NCBI GenBank assembly: GCA_024679065.1
Contig: JAGIQG010000035.1
Span: 18,786,001-18,850,000, forward strand
DNA length: 64,000 nucleotides
From: Sphyrna mokarran
Lineage: Eukaryota
Direction: 5' to 3'
The notes under the pieces were generated by a model, which was given only the letters and a program-made list of their open reading frames with translations, was not told the DNA's origin and did no database searches. Position numbers and translations under genes: made by a program. Positions 1 through 12,500 of this stretch are shown in pieces; within the stretch, counting starts at the first letter, position 1, and each line of letters begins with the position of its first letter.

Positions 1-316
1 GTTAAAGGGGTTGTGTGGCTATTCTTGGTCCAATTTCTCAAATTCTTATGCCTTGTAAAATCAGTCTTGATCTTTCCAAACTAATTTGGCACATTCCTCA
101 CTGACCGTAAAAGTAAACTTCCAATTACACGTTAGAGAAATAAGAACATTACAAATTTGCTCCTGGATTCAAGGTGCACAATTTTTATCCAATGTTTTTT
201 GTGCAATGGATAAACCAGGAGCTACTGAAGGCTTCCACCACTTACTCTCTTCAAATTAGAGATATTAAACCCATTCTTAAAAAAAGGAGATTGTTTCTCA
301 TGCAAGTGGAACTTAC

Positions 317-631
317 AGTAAGTTTGCAGAGTTACAGAAGAGTTTGTGATTAGTTTTGTGTTGTTAGAGCCCAAATCCACTTCGGCCAAGCAGGTGTACA
401 CCTGTCCATCATCTGACACACTTGCAGTGAAACTGAAGATATTCTGCAATCTTTTATCTTCATCTGGATAACCTTCTTCTCCTGTGGAATTGCTCTGAAC
501 AATCTCACTCCCCCTCAGCCATGTGAGTATGAGTTTATTGTTTGGGTAGACCCTCGGACCAATGCACTCCAGACTATATATTCTGTTAACTTCCAGCACT
601 TCTGGAGGTGAAGTAATGTTTATCTCTCGAT
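317..631 (-). CDS. Gene A exon 3, Ig domain D2
   Basis: Acceptor taacag|AT, donor T|gtaagt, 315 nt. Differs from 47505-47819 at one base. Confidence 0.93.
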
Positions 632-3600
632 CTGTTAAAGGAAGTTAACAGAGTTAACAGAGTGCACTGAAATCATCAATCTGAATATTTATACTTTTCG
701 CCCTGAACTTCAAAAAGTTTACCACTGCTGCCTCACACCTCCAGGGAGCCAGGTTCAATTCCAGTTTTGGATCACTGTCTATACGGAATTTGCATGTTCT
801 CCCTGTGTCTGCATGGGTTTTGTCCATGTGCTCCTGTTTCCTCCCACACTTCAAAGATGTGCAGGATAGATGGATTGGCCGTGCTACATTGCCCCTCAGT
901 GCCCCAAAATATGTAGGTTAGATGGATTAGTGATGGTGAATGCACAGTTACAGGAATAGGGCAGCCTGAGGGTGCTGTCGGAGTGTTGATGTGGACTTGG
1001 TGGATTGAATGGCTTCTTCTGCACTGTAGGGATTTTCTCCTATTCTAAGCTGTTCTATTCTATTCTATGAACTTCCAGCACTTCAGGAGGTGAAGTAATA
1101 TTTATCAATCTGTTAATACAGAATCACAGTTAATAGAACTCACTGAGAAAATGTGTGGAATTTAATTTAGCCTGCTGCTGTGACATCAGGAGAATCAGTT
1201 GGGAGGCAGCATTCTTGGGATCAGTAAAACTATCCCCAGTGAAGTTGAAGGCAGGAAGAGGCTGACATGGATATCATACCTGTTGGTGCTGGGATGCCTA
1301 TTAGATTGATTAATGAACCATTTGATGTAAATCATCTCTGAGCTAACCAGAATTCTGTGGTACATTCAGATATTGAACAGGACTTGTATGATACATGCAC
1401 ATCACCTCCCCACCCCACCCCAACCACCCACTGTTTGGTTACTTCATAAATCCTATCAGGTTTGCCTGTAACTGCTTAGGGTTGCAGGAGAGGGTGGTAG
1501 TGGTGCCTTCTTTGACAGATACTCATTGTCCGATTGAGGGATCTGGCATTGAGAAGGAGATGCTGCTAAAACCTAAGCTTCTGCCCTTCTCTCTGACCAT
1601 CTCTGCTTCCACCACACATATCTTTTCATTCCTGCCCACTCACCTGTGTCCTAGTGTTTTTCCTCAGCCTAAGTCTTGGCGTAACACTGGCAGGAAACAT
1701 TATTTCCACACGTACAGCTGACAGTGGACAACTGGCTGGCTGCATCAGTGGCCAGCAATTCTCAGTGGATATTAACCACCCTGGGCTCCATAAGATAATT
1801 TTCTGTCATGGATCTTAACGGTGGCCAATGTGCTCCCTGAGGTGAGGAATGGAATTGGTCTGCACCCAAAAGTACCACCGCTGGTCAGTGTGCGAATGTG
1901 TGAACAATTCCAGGCACTGGGCAGTTCAGCCACAGTGGATACAAACCTTGACATGTTCCCCACACTCAGTCAGGTATGCTAATTAGATTCATTCATAGCC
2001 TTACTATGAGCAAGTAAAGGAGCTGGAATTTTTCAGCTAACATCCAGTTTCCCAACACAATAAGAGCTGAATGACTGCCTGGTAACATGTATCTTAAGGC
2101 AGATTGGAGTGCCAGCACTCCTGGCATACCTGTAGGCCCTCTCTGTCTGCATGTAGCAAACTCCCCATGGCACTCCATACTATTGGCCTGGCTGCTGTCT
2201 TTTCTGTTTTTTTAATTAAACCTTTCAAACAATTGGTGTTGTGGACAAATCAAAGACTGGCTTTATATCTATTTGAAATGACTTCTCATTTCTAATCTGT
2301 GTGAATGTATGAGCATGTGTTTTATTAATTTTTTTTGCATTTATTAGTGAATAAGTACTCTTTCTTTAACTCAAGAAAGCCTGCTTAAATTGATTCCTTT
2401 TAAAACATAAGCACATTGGGACTGGGAAATGGGGAGGAATCCTTTTTGAATTAACCTTGTTGTGACCAACCAAGGCGATTGAATAAAGAAAGGGAGCCAA
2501 TGCATCCACCCTCAGTCAGAGGCATATATATTTGGGGGTATCCTATCCAGAATTTAATAAATTGGGTCTTGTGCTGAGATAGTTCCCACAGAGGGTATGG
2601 AGTGCAACAAATCTGGGGACCTCACCTGGGGACCTCTTGAAACAATGATGTGGATGGAGGAACTGAAGAGATAGTTATGAAATTTGCTGATGCCACAAAG
2701 ATAGTAAAAAGGTAAGTTGAAAATAAGATGTAAGGTCTCTTAAAAAGGGACATAAGTAGATTAAATAAGCAACCAAAGGTTTGGCAGATTGATTTTAATG
2801 TGAGAAAACAAGAACCTGCCCATTTGGCAGGAAGAATAGAAAAGCAATATATTATTTAAATAGAGAGAGAGTTTCAAAATTTGATGGTACAGAGGGGTCC
2901 AGGTGTTAAAGAAGTTAATATGCTGGTACAGCATGTGATTAGGAAGGTCAAATGTAATGTTGTCATTTATTACGTGAGGTATGGAATATAAAAACAGAAG
3001 TTTTAATGTAGAAGTACAAGACATTAATGAGACCATATCAGGAGTATTGTGCACAGTTCAGATCTATTTAAGAAAGGACATAATTGCTTTCTCTGCTGTT
3101 CAGAGAAGGTTCACAGTGGATTCCTGGGATGGGAGAAGATGATCTTACGAGGAAAGATTGGACAAGTTGAGTCTGTACCTGTTGGAGTTGAGAAGATTGA
3201 GGAGCAAACTTCTTGAACAGGGACTCAACAGGGTAGAAACTGAAAGGATAAATCCTCTTGTGAGAGAGAGTAGAATTAGGGAACACAATTTCAAAATAAG
3301 AGCTTTTAAGATGGAGATGAGAATTTTTTCTCTCAGAGATTCGTCAATCTGTGCAATTCACTTCCCCAGTGAATACAGGAGGCTGGCTCATTGAATAATT
3401 GTAAGGTGGAGGTAAGTAGATTCCTCTTGTCTAACAAAGAAATCAATGGGCATCGGGGAGTAGGCAGAAAAATGGAGCTGAGGCCACAAACAGATGAACC
3501 AAGATCCTGTTGAATGGTTAAGCAAGTTCACGAGACTGAATGACCTTCTCTTGCTATGGGAAGAATGGGCATCTTCAATACCTGAGGAGTTGCAAGTGAA

Positions 3601-6600
3601 ATAGGAAACTGTGCAATCATTAGCAAACAACCCTACTTCTGCCTCTGTTGAGTGGAAAGTCATTGATGAGGCAATTAAAGATAGTTGATACGGCACATTC
3701 TTAAGGATTTTTCTGTAACAACCAGATTTAGCTTGTATCTTGTTGATAGCACATAGAACCATAGAAAACTTCCATCACAGAAGGAGGCCATTTGGCCCAT
3801 CAAGTTTATATCAACCCGAAGACACCTAGGTGGTCTCTCTCATCCCACTTTCCACGGCAAATGCATAGGCTTGTGGAGATAGGGATGTTCTTGGTTAAAA
3901 TGCTCTTATGGAAAGTTGGTGCAGACTTGATGGGCCGAATGGCTTTTTCTGCACTGTAGAGATTCTATGATATCTTGTTTGCTTGACCGTTTCTAGATGT
4001 CACATGGAACAAATTGAATTGACTGAAGAGAGAGCATCTATTCTGATGGGAACTCAGGAGAAGGCCGTCATGAATCATTTACTGCTAAAACCTAAGCTTC
4101 TGCCCCTCTCCTGGCATACCTGTAGGCCCTCTGGCTGAGTATATTGTTAATACCTTGGCACATTCACACAAGTGCGGATCTCTGACAACATTGGGTATGA
4201 GGACATTTGTTGAAACTCCTCCTCCCATTAGTTATTTAATTGTCGACCACAATCCACAATGGGATGGTTGGGACTGTGGCATTGTTGCTCCCTTTGCTTC
4301 GTTTAGAGCAAACATTTACCAAACTGACAAGGACCTAAAAAATAAATGGACCCAATAAATGCTGGCCAGTCAGCGATGCCCATGTCCCATCAATGGATAA
4401 AAAAGCACCTTAAGACAAATCAGCTCCTATGTTGTGAAAGCATCAACACCCTGAGGTGAGATAAAGGCAGTTTGTATTTGGATGAAGAAGATGAAATGTG
4501 GATAAAGTAAGAAATGATGCTTTTTCAAACACTGCTCAGGTATTTGAGTTTCACTATACCTTTACTCAAAAGGCCAGCTCAATAATTCACGATGGAATGG
4601 TAGGTATGAACTTTCTGCTATAGACTCTAAGAGCTGCTTCACCTGTTTCTTCAATCAATGACAGATCATTAATCCAGCTGAGAACAGGATCAAACTGTGT
4701 CTGATTCACTTTAGACCATTCTGACCAGCACTGGGCTACTCTAAATCAGATTCTGGTTCTCACTAAAAACTTTCCCCGACACCACCTTCCTTTAATGCCA
4801 GGTAATCAAATATGTTACAACAAGAGTTTTCACTTACTGTATACCGTGACCACCTTTCTCTTCCCCTTCTGCTGAGAACTCTCCGATTTACAGGTCACAG
4901 TGCATGGTGCTGCAAAGTCCCACGCCTGAACACTCGGGAAATAGTCTCTGTACCAATTACTGCCATTTGTTCTGTCAAAATATATCCCTGGTTTATATTC
5001 CACGGTAATTATTGGGTTTGTACATGTGGTAGTACAGTTCACCTCTAAAGAATCTCCAAATTCCACAGCTGAGGGGTTTGTGTTGATCATGATCTCAAAT
5101 CCAGTTACAATAGCTGCCAAGGAAACAAATCACAATAAATGCAGGAAACGGAAATGCTTTTACTTACAAAATTCATCATTAACTCTCCACAGTAACTGCA
5201 GTTTCATTTTGAAACCATACACTTTTACATGGGAAACTGATGGAAATTAAATCTGATCTGTAAAGGAAACAACAGGAGGTAGCTAAGAATTCAAATTCAC
5301 TAACTGTTGTGAAAACCAGGAGCTAATAAATGTATTTTCCTATTGATAGATTTAAATTTCCCATAAAAATGTAAAGAGCTGTTTTCTGAGGAGGACAAAC
5401 ACGGGACATGGTGGACAGAGTACCCTTCGTCGTCCAGTACTTCCCCGGAGCGGAGAAACCGTAACATCTTATCCGGACTCTTCAACATATCATTGATGAA
5501 GGTAAACATCTGTCCAAGGCCATCCTCACAGCTCCACTTCTTGCCTGCAAACAACCGCACAACTTCAAACAGACCATTCTCCACAGCAAACTATCTACCC
5601 TTCAGGATAACACCACACAACCCTGCCACAGCAACCTTGGCAAGACATGCTGTATCATCGACATGGATGCCATTATCTTACGTGAGAACACCATTCACCA
5701 GGTACACGGCACATACTCTTGCAACTCAGCCAACTTTGTCTACCTGATATGCTGCAGGAAAGGATATCCTGAGGCATGGTACACTGAGGAGACCATGCAG
5801 TCGCTACGACAATGGATGAATGAACACCGCTTGACAATCACCAGAGAAGACTGTTCTCTTCCTGTTCCTCCAGTGGACATGGGCATTCAGTCTTTGATCT
5901 TTGGGTAAACATTCCCCAAGATGGCCTTCACGACACACAACAGCGCTGAATCACTGAGCAGAGACTGATAGCCAAGTTCGGCACACATGAGGACAACCTC
6001 AACCTGGATCTTGGGTTCATGTCACACTATTTGTAACCCCCATGACTTGTCTGGGTTTGCGAAAACTCACTTACTGTCCTGCCTGGAGACAATACACATC
6101 TCTTTAACCTGCACTTAATGCTATGTCCACTCACATTGTCTGCACTTTTACGACTTAATAGCTGTAAAGACTCGCTTCTAATCAGTATTCTGTAAACTGT
6201 GTATGCCTTTATATGCTCTGCTTGTGATCAGAACTCCCCACTCACCTGCCGAAAGGGGTAAACTCTCAAAGCTAGTGGCGTTTACTACCAAATAAATCTG
6301 TTGAACTTTAATATGGTGTTGTGAGGCTTCTTACTGAGAAGAGGTCAACAGAAGAATGGACAGCCCCCTTAGCACTTCAACATTTACAAAGTAGGAAAAG
6401 GGGCTAAAATCAGGATCTGTCCTCCGGGTGAGTGTGGCCTGAGGCTGGGATAGGGAACACTTTTATATCAATGGTGTTCCATTCTTACAGTGCACAGATC
6501 AAAGTCGCTCAGTTTACAAATAACAATACTGAAAATCCTTGCATTGATATCGACCCTTTAACACAGTGACAGGAGTGTTATTAAATAGTGTTATTAAACT

Positions 6601-7341
6601 GAATACCGGTTCCATTACCCAGCAGGAGCGACTGGAAGGAATGTACGAATGACAGAGGCACTGGGCTGTTTTGAAGCGCCCAGGGATTCTTTGTGTGACA
6701 GCATGGTCACTGAACTCTATGTTCCTCATTGCAGCCTCGTACAGATCTGCACAACTGCTGCTTTCATTGTGATGCCAGTAACAACACGCACTAACCGCCA
6801 GCAAGACGAAGTCCACTTGGAAACGTTGTTATTTTATAAAATATTCTGGGGACCGTTTCATTGAGTCAAATGTCGGGCCGGTTGTTCCTAAACTGACCAG
6901 AGTTGGGGTGAGTGTGGAAACTCCATTCAGGGAATCCGCCCCGAGCACTGCAATGAAGCCCGCACCTTCTGTCCTCAATTCCATCGCTGAACTATAAAGT
7001 ACAGAGAAATGGCCACTGCTCTCAGAGTTTTATACACTATACAATAATGGCAGAACAGAATGTGTCAAAGTCACAAATGAGTCGGTTTTTAGTTAGTGCT
7101 GAAGCGGGCCTTTATAGTTCTTTATCGCTGGAAGAAGTCAGACATCGCCAAAGTAATGTTTCATACTGCTGAATTTAAACAGAATAGGCCATTCCACCAA
7201 ATTAACCATCAGATAAAGTGTAGCCACGCTGAATATAATACAAATAGGAATTGACATTGTTTATTTCATCCTACCTGTTATACTGAAAATTACCGGGGAA
7301 ATATAAATACATCCAACCGCTGAATTCAGATTAAAATCCAT
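317..7341 (-). CDS. Gene A: 5' part (exons 1-3) of a second ICAM/VCAM-like paralogue, continuing beyond the window start
   Basis: Join of 7341-7275, 5113-4838 and 631-317. Phase-1 GT-AG introns, open frame, homologous to gene B exons 1-3. Confidence 0.88.
720..1068 (+). mobile_element. tRNA-derived SINE (HE1/V-SINE-like)
   Basis: B-box-like ggttcaattcc, V-domain-like tttgcatgttctccctgtgtctgcatgggttt and an (ATTCT)n tail. Confidence 0.8.
1070..1147 (-). pseudogene. Remnant copy of the D2 splice acceptor plus the first ~40 nt of the exon
   Basis: acttccagcacttcaggaggtgaagtaatatttatc----aatctgttaatacagaatcacagttaa aligns to about 47777-47853, with a 4-nt deletion. Confidence 0.85.
2640..3560 (+). 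mobile_element. Degraded CR1 LINE, 3' part of ORF2
   Basis: Decayed FADDTK motif, tattgtgcacagttc (EYCVQF-like) and LYLLELRRLR. Confidence 0.8.
4838..5113 (-). CDS. Gene A exon 2, Ig domain D1
   Basis: Acceptor ttggcag|CT, donor A|gtaagt, 276 nt. Translation includes NCTTTCTNPIITVEYK...PCTVTC. Confidence 0.92.
5395..6335 (+). mobile_element. Penelope-like retroelement: GIY-YIG endonuclease region and pseudo-LTR
   Basis: YSCNSANFVYLICCRKG..AWY..ET..LRQ.MNEHR, followed by the terminal caaataaa.ctgttg.actttaa..tggtgttgt motif repeated elsewhere in the window. Confidence 0.85.
7275..7341 (-). CDS. Gene A exon 1, signal peptide MDFNLNSAVGCIYISPVIFSIT
   Basis: ATG at 7341-7339, 67 nt, donor ACAG|GTAGG, the same context as gene B exon 1. 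Confidence 0.8.
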
Positions 7342-7394
7342 AATTGCAGAGTTTGGAGAGAATGGTTCCTCACAGTTCCCCTAGGCTGAAGTCT

Positions 7395-7503
7395 GAAACT
7401 GAAAGAGCTCTTCCTGCCTCTGAGGGAGATTCCGTTAGGGATCATTATTATGGAATGCATTACCTTTCCGGGACAAGTTTGGGAGTTAATGCGGGAAATT
7501 CCA
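7395..7503. promoter_or_regulatory. Gene A proximal promoter: IRF-like, two NF-kB and one GAS-like motif
   Basis: GAAACTGAAAG at 7395-7405, GGGAGATTCC at 7424-7433, TTTCCGGGACA at 7465-7475 and GGGAAATTCC at 7493-7502. All lie 50-160 bp upstream of the ATG. Confidence 0.7.
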
Positions 7504-7739
7504 ACAGTACCTTCATTTAAACATTAATCAGGCCTTTAAAAGTTATTTTTCCCACTTTCTGTGAAAGAGTGGAGAGTTTTTTAAGGCATAAAATTAATAG
7601 GTGTAAGCCTCATGTTAAGAAAAACATTGTTGCCATAAAGAATTTAAAACTCATATTGAGACAGTGGGGGTCAGAGTGGAATGTGTCTGTGTACCAATTT
7701 TAGCCTCTGGGATTCAGGCTGCCGCCGCTGGCGTTTTCA

Positions 7740-7960
7740 TAAGAGTCATAGAATCCCCACAGTGCAGAAGGAGGCCATTTAGCCCATCAAGTTTACACCG
7801 GCAACAATCCCATCCAGATCTTATCCTTATTACCTCACGTATTTCCCTTGGAAATCCCCCAACACTGAGGGAAAATTCAGCATGGCCAATCCACAGAATC
7901 TGCACACGTTTGAACTGTGGGAGGAAAATGGAGCACTCGGAGGAAACCCAGACAGATACT
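7740..7960 (-). mobile_element. V-SINE fragment
   Basis: catagaatcc tail and the ggaggaaa..ggagcac.cggaggaaaccc V-domain. Confidence 0.75.
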
Positions 7961-8399
7961 CAGTATGTGCTATATATACTAGAACACTTCATTCATATAA
8001 CTTCCATTGTATACAAATGCTGGACAAACTCAGCAGGTCTGGCAGCATCTGTAGAGAGAGAAACAGAATTCACGTCCGTCTATCTGATCTTTATTTTAGT
8101 GCTTTGATTTGATTCCATTCTCTGAAGCTGTTTCTCTGCCAGCTCTTATGATAGTTGCACAAATAAACTAACATTCAGGATAATAATGCAACAACCGTTG
8201 GGCAAAATAGTAATTTTCATAGCCCACTAATGTGGTATATTTGAACAAATAAACTTGTTTTTGAAGAAATATTGCACTAAAACACTTTGCTTTAATAGTG
8301 AATTAAGGTCAAATACTGGATTAACTATGTTTCTAAACTAATGTCTGCCCTGAAAATAATCGTTCCCTCACCCCTGTTTTCAATGTTCTTGCTCTCACA

Positions 8400-8935
8400 G
8401 ACCATAGAAAGAAAGAAACCACACAGTACAGAAAGAGGCCATTTGACTCATCGTGTTTGCACCGACCACCATTCCACCCAAGCCCCACCCCCATATCCCT
8501 CTAACATACACGTCTCAGGACCCCAAGCGGCAAGGTAAGCATGGCCAATCAACCTAACCCGCACATCTTTGGACTGTGGGAGGAAAATGGAGCACCTGGA
8601 CGAAACCCATGCAGACACGAGGAGTTTACAAGATTATGAGGGGTATAGATAGAGTAAACAGGGTTAAGCTTTTTCCTAGGATGGACTCAAATAGCACGAG
8701 GGGTCATGGGCTTAGGGTGAGGGGGGGGTAAGGTATAATTTGGATGCTAGAGGGAGTTTTTTCACACAGAGGGTGGTGGGGGTATGGAATGCGCTGCCAA
8801 GTAAAGTGGTGGAGGCAGGTAGTCTGGAGTTAACTGTGTAAACTCCACACAGACAGTGAACCAAAATGGGAATCAAACCCAGGTCCCTGGAGCTGTGAAG
8901 CAGCAGTGCTAACCACTGGGATACCGTGCCACCCA
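8400..8935 (-). mobile_element. HE1/V-SINE-like SINE interrupted by a 210-bp internal CR1 fragment (8621-8831, + strand)
   Basis: tRNA-like head at 8860-8935. The V-domain is split by sequence matching about 54010-54220. Confidence 0.85.
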
Positions 8936-9528
8936 TCTACTGTCTCCCATTCGTGCTGCTGATGGTACAATTCCCTGAAGTCTGAAAGATCGTGCTATGT
9001 ACCCAGTATCACCCACTTTTTCAGCACTAGATCAGCTCATTCATATTAAATTCATCATTGAGTCACTCTCCCCACCTAAAACGTACCTTGCCAGAATTGC
9101 CCTAAATCTCAAGGATACCCATCACTCCTTCAAACAAAATGTATCACTGAGTCACATTAGCAGATATTAGAACAGAAAGAGTAAGAATTGCTTTGATGTA
9201 ATGTCTTTTAATATCCACATGACATTCCAAAGCACTTTCAGCTAGTGTTTTTTGAAGTTTTCTCATTGTTTTACTGTGGAAATACAGCAGCCAGTTTGTG
9301 TACAACAAGCTCCCACAAACAAAACTGAAACATTGCGGTCTGTATTTTAAAGAAAGGGAACAGGGATAGCCCGGGAAATTAACGACTGGTGAGTCTGACC
9401 TCAGTGGTTAGTAAGTTGATGGAGAGGATCCTGAGGGATAGGGTTAATGAGCATTTAGAGAAATTTAGCTTGATCAGAAATAGTCAAATCGGCTTTGTCA
9501 AGGACAGGTTGTCCCTTATGAGCCTTGT

Positions 9529-12500
9529 ACAAACAAAGAACAAGGAACAAAACAGCACGGGAGACAGGCCCTTCAGCCCAACGAGCCTGCCCCACCACCC
9601 CGATGTTCCCACCTCTACCCGCGATCCCTGTCCATGTTTATAGATCTATGGATTAAAAACCAAATTTGAGACAACTTAGGGAGAATTTGCTTTGCCAATT
9701 AGCCTAAGAGCACATCTTTGGGATGTGGGAGGAAACCGGAGCACCCGGAGAAAACCCCACGCAAGCACAGGGAGAATGCGCAAACTCCCACAGACACAGG
9801 CCCAAAATCCATGTATCTGCACAGCACAGCGATAGTCACTGAGCTGTCGTGTTGCCCATCAAATGGTCCAGGTCAAGCGTACACTAACAACGTGAAGCAC
9901 TAGGATACTCTCGAAAAAAATCCAAGAGCAGCCCTCTCACAACCCATCGTGTGTATGCCCCTCGTTAGACAACAAACTGGACCAAAGCACCTGTACGATA
10001 AAAACAAGTACATCAATATCATCATCTATTTACGCACTCCCCAGGGACTCCCAAGGCTCATGATCCCTATTTTAAATCAGTTTTCTATACCCCTCCATTC
10101 TCATTCTGTTCATGTGCCCATCTAAGTATTTCTTAAATAATTCCAGAGTGCCTGCCTCCACCACTTTACTTGACAGCGCATTCCATACACCCACCACCCT
10201 CTGTGTGAAAAAACTCCCTCTGGCATCCAAATTATACCTTACCCCCCTCACCCTAAGCCGGTGATCGCTCGTGGTATTTGAGTCCATCCTAGGAAAAAGC
10301 TTAACCCTGTTTATCTATCCCCTTCATAATCTTGTACATCTCTATCAGATCTCCTCTAAGTCTACATCTTTCTAAGGAAAACAGTCCCAATTTGCCTAAA
10401 CTCTCCTTGTAACTCAGACCTTCCATACCAGGCAGCATCCTGGTAAACCTCCTCTGCACTCTCTCCAGAGTCTCCACGTCCTTCCAGTAGTAAGGCGACC
10501 AGAACTGGACGCAGTGTTCCAAATGAGGTCTAACTAATGTTTTATACAACTGCAACATTAAAGGCCAGCTCTTGTATTCTATACCCCTTCCTATAAAGGC
10601 TAGCATACTATATGCTTTCGACATAACCTTCTCCACTTGTTCTGCCACCTTCATAGACTTGTTCACCTGCACCCCCAGGTCCCTCTGTGTTTCTATACTC
10701 TTAATAGGTCTACTCTTTATCATATACCTCCCCGCAACATTCTTTCTCCCAAAATGCATCACCTCACATTTATCAGGATTTAATTCCATCTGCCATCTGT
10801 CTGCCCAAGCTACCAGCCTATCAATGTCCTGCTGCATCGCCTGACAATGCTCCTCACTATCTGGAAGTCCAGCCATCTTTGTATTGTCTGCAAACTTGCT
10901 GATCAGTCCACTTACTTCCTGTTCCAAGTCATTTATATATATTACAAATAGAAGAGGTCCCAGTACCGAGCCCTGCGGCACACCACTAGTGATCGACCTC
11001 CAGCTAGAGAAACACCCTTCTACTATTACTCTCTGTCTCCTATTACCAAGCTAGTTACTCATCCATCTAGCTACCTGTCCTTGTATCCCACTAGCCTTGA
11101 CCTTCTCAACTAACCTTCCATGAGGGACTTTGTCAAACGCCTTACTGAAATCCATATAGACGACATCAACGGCTTGCCCTTCGTCCACCGTTTTTGTCAC
11201 CTCCTCAAAAGCTTCTACCAGATTTGTAAGGCACGATCTCCCCTTAACAAATCCATGCTGCGTATCCCTAATCAGATCGCAACGCTCTAAGTGCCTATAC
11301 ATCCTATCTCTAAGAATCCCCTCCAACAGCTTCCCTACCACTGACGTCAAACTCACCAGCCTATACTTTCCAGTGTTATCCCTACTACCCTTTTTAAACA
11401 ACGGTACAACATTAGCCAGTCCTCTGGGACCTCACTTGTGTCCAAGGAAGAGACAAAGATTTGCGTCAGAGGCCCAGCAACTTCACCTCACACCTCCCTA
11501 AGCAGCCTGGGATAAATGCCATCAGGCCCCAGAGATTTATCAGTTTTAATGCTACCTAGAAGCTCTAACACTTCCTCCCTCGGTATGGATATTTCCCTCA
11601 ACTGGTCCACAGCCCCCTCAGAGACAGGAGCTGTCAACAAGCCCCTCTCCTTTGTGAATACTGACGCAAAGTATTCATTCAGGATCTCTGCCATTCCCTC
11701 GGGCTCTAAGCACAGTTCCCCTCCTCGGTCCCTAAGAGGTCCGATTTTTCCTCTAACCAACCTTTTATTCCTAACATAGGAGTAAAAAGCCTTTGGATTT
11801 TCCTTAATCCTATCCACCAAAATCATTTCATGCCCCCTTTTTGCCCTTCTAACTCCCTCGAGCTCCCTCCTACTCTCTCTATATTCCTTCAACGCTGTCT
11901 TTGACCTAGTGCTTTGACCTATCATACGCCTCTCTTTTCGTCCTAACCAAGTCCTCAATATCCCTCATAATCTACAGCTCTCTAATCCTACCTTTCCCAT
12001 CTTTCTTCTTGGCCGGCACATATTTATCTTGTAACATTTTCAGTATTCGCTTGAAAGAGTTCTACATGACTAGCGTGGACTTATCCTCGAACAACCATTC
12101 CCAATCAGTTTCCATAAGTTCCTGCCTAATCCGACCATAGTTAGCCTTCCCCCAATTCAGCATCCTGCCCCTAGGGCAACAAGCATCCTTTTCCATCTGT
12201 ATCCTAAAGTAGACAGAATTGTGGTCACTGTAAGCCACATGTTCCCCCACTACAACATCAACCACCTGCCCTGGCTCATTACTCAGAACTAAATCCAATA
12301 TAGCCCCTTCTCTAGTTGGGCTAGCCACATACTGCTCCAACGATCCTTCCAGTACACATTTTACACATTCCTGCCCGTCCAAACCCCCAGCTCTAGGTAC
12401 TTTCCAATCCACCCTAAAATCTCCCACTATAACGACTCTGTTCTTTCTGCTCCTATCCAAAATGTCTTTACATATGCCTTCAACTACCCGCGGGCTGTTG

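Noticed and set aside
222-599. ORF-track start and stop positions for the Ig domains
   Set aside because: These are internal exons. The listed starts and the C-terminal extensions are intronic read-through, so splice-site coordinates were used instead.
705-1075. TGAACTTC on both sides of the SINE as a target-site duplication
   Set aside because: The left copy is offset from the SINE start by about 10 nt and the SINE head is incomplete, so a chance match cannot be excluded.
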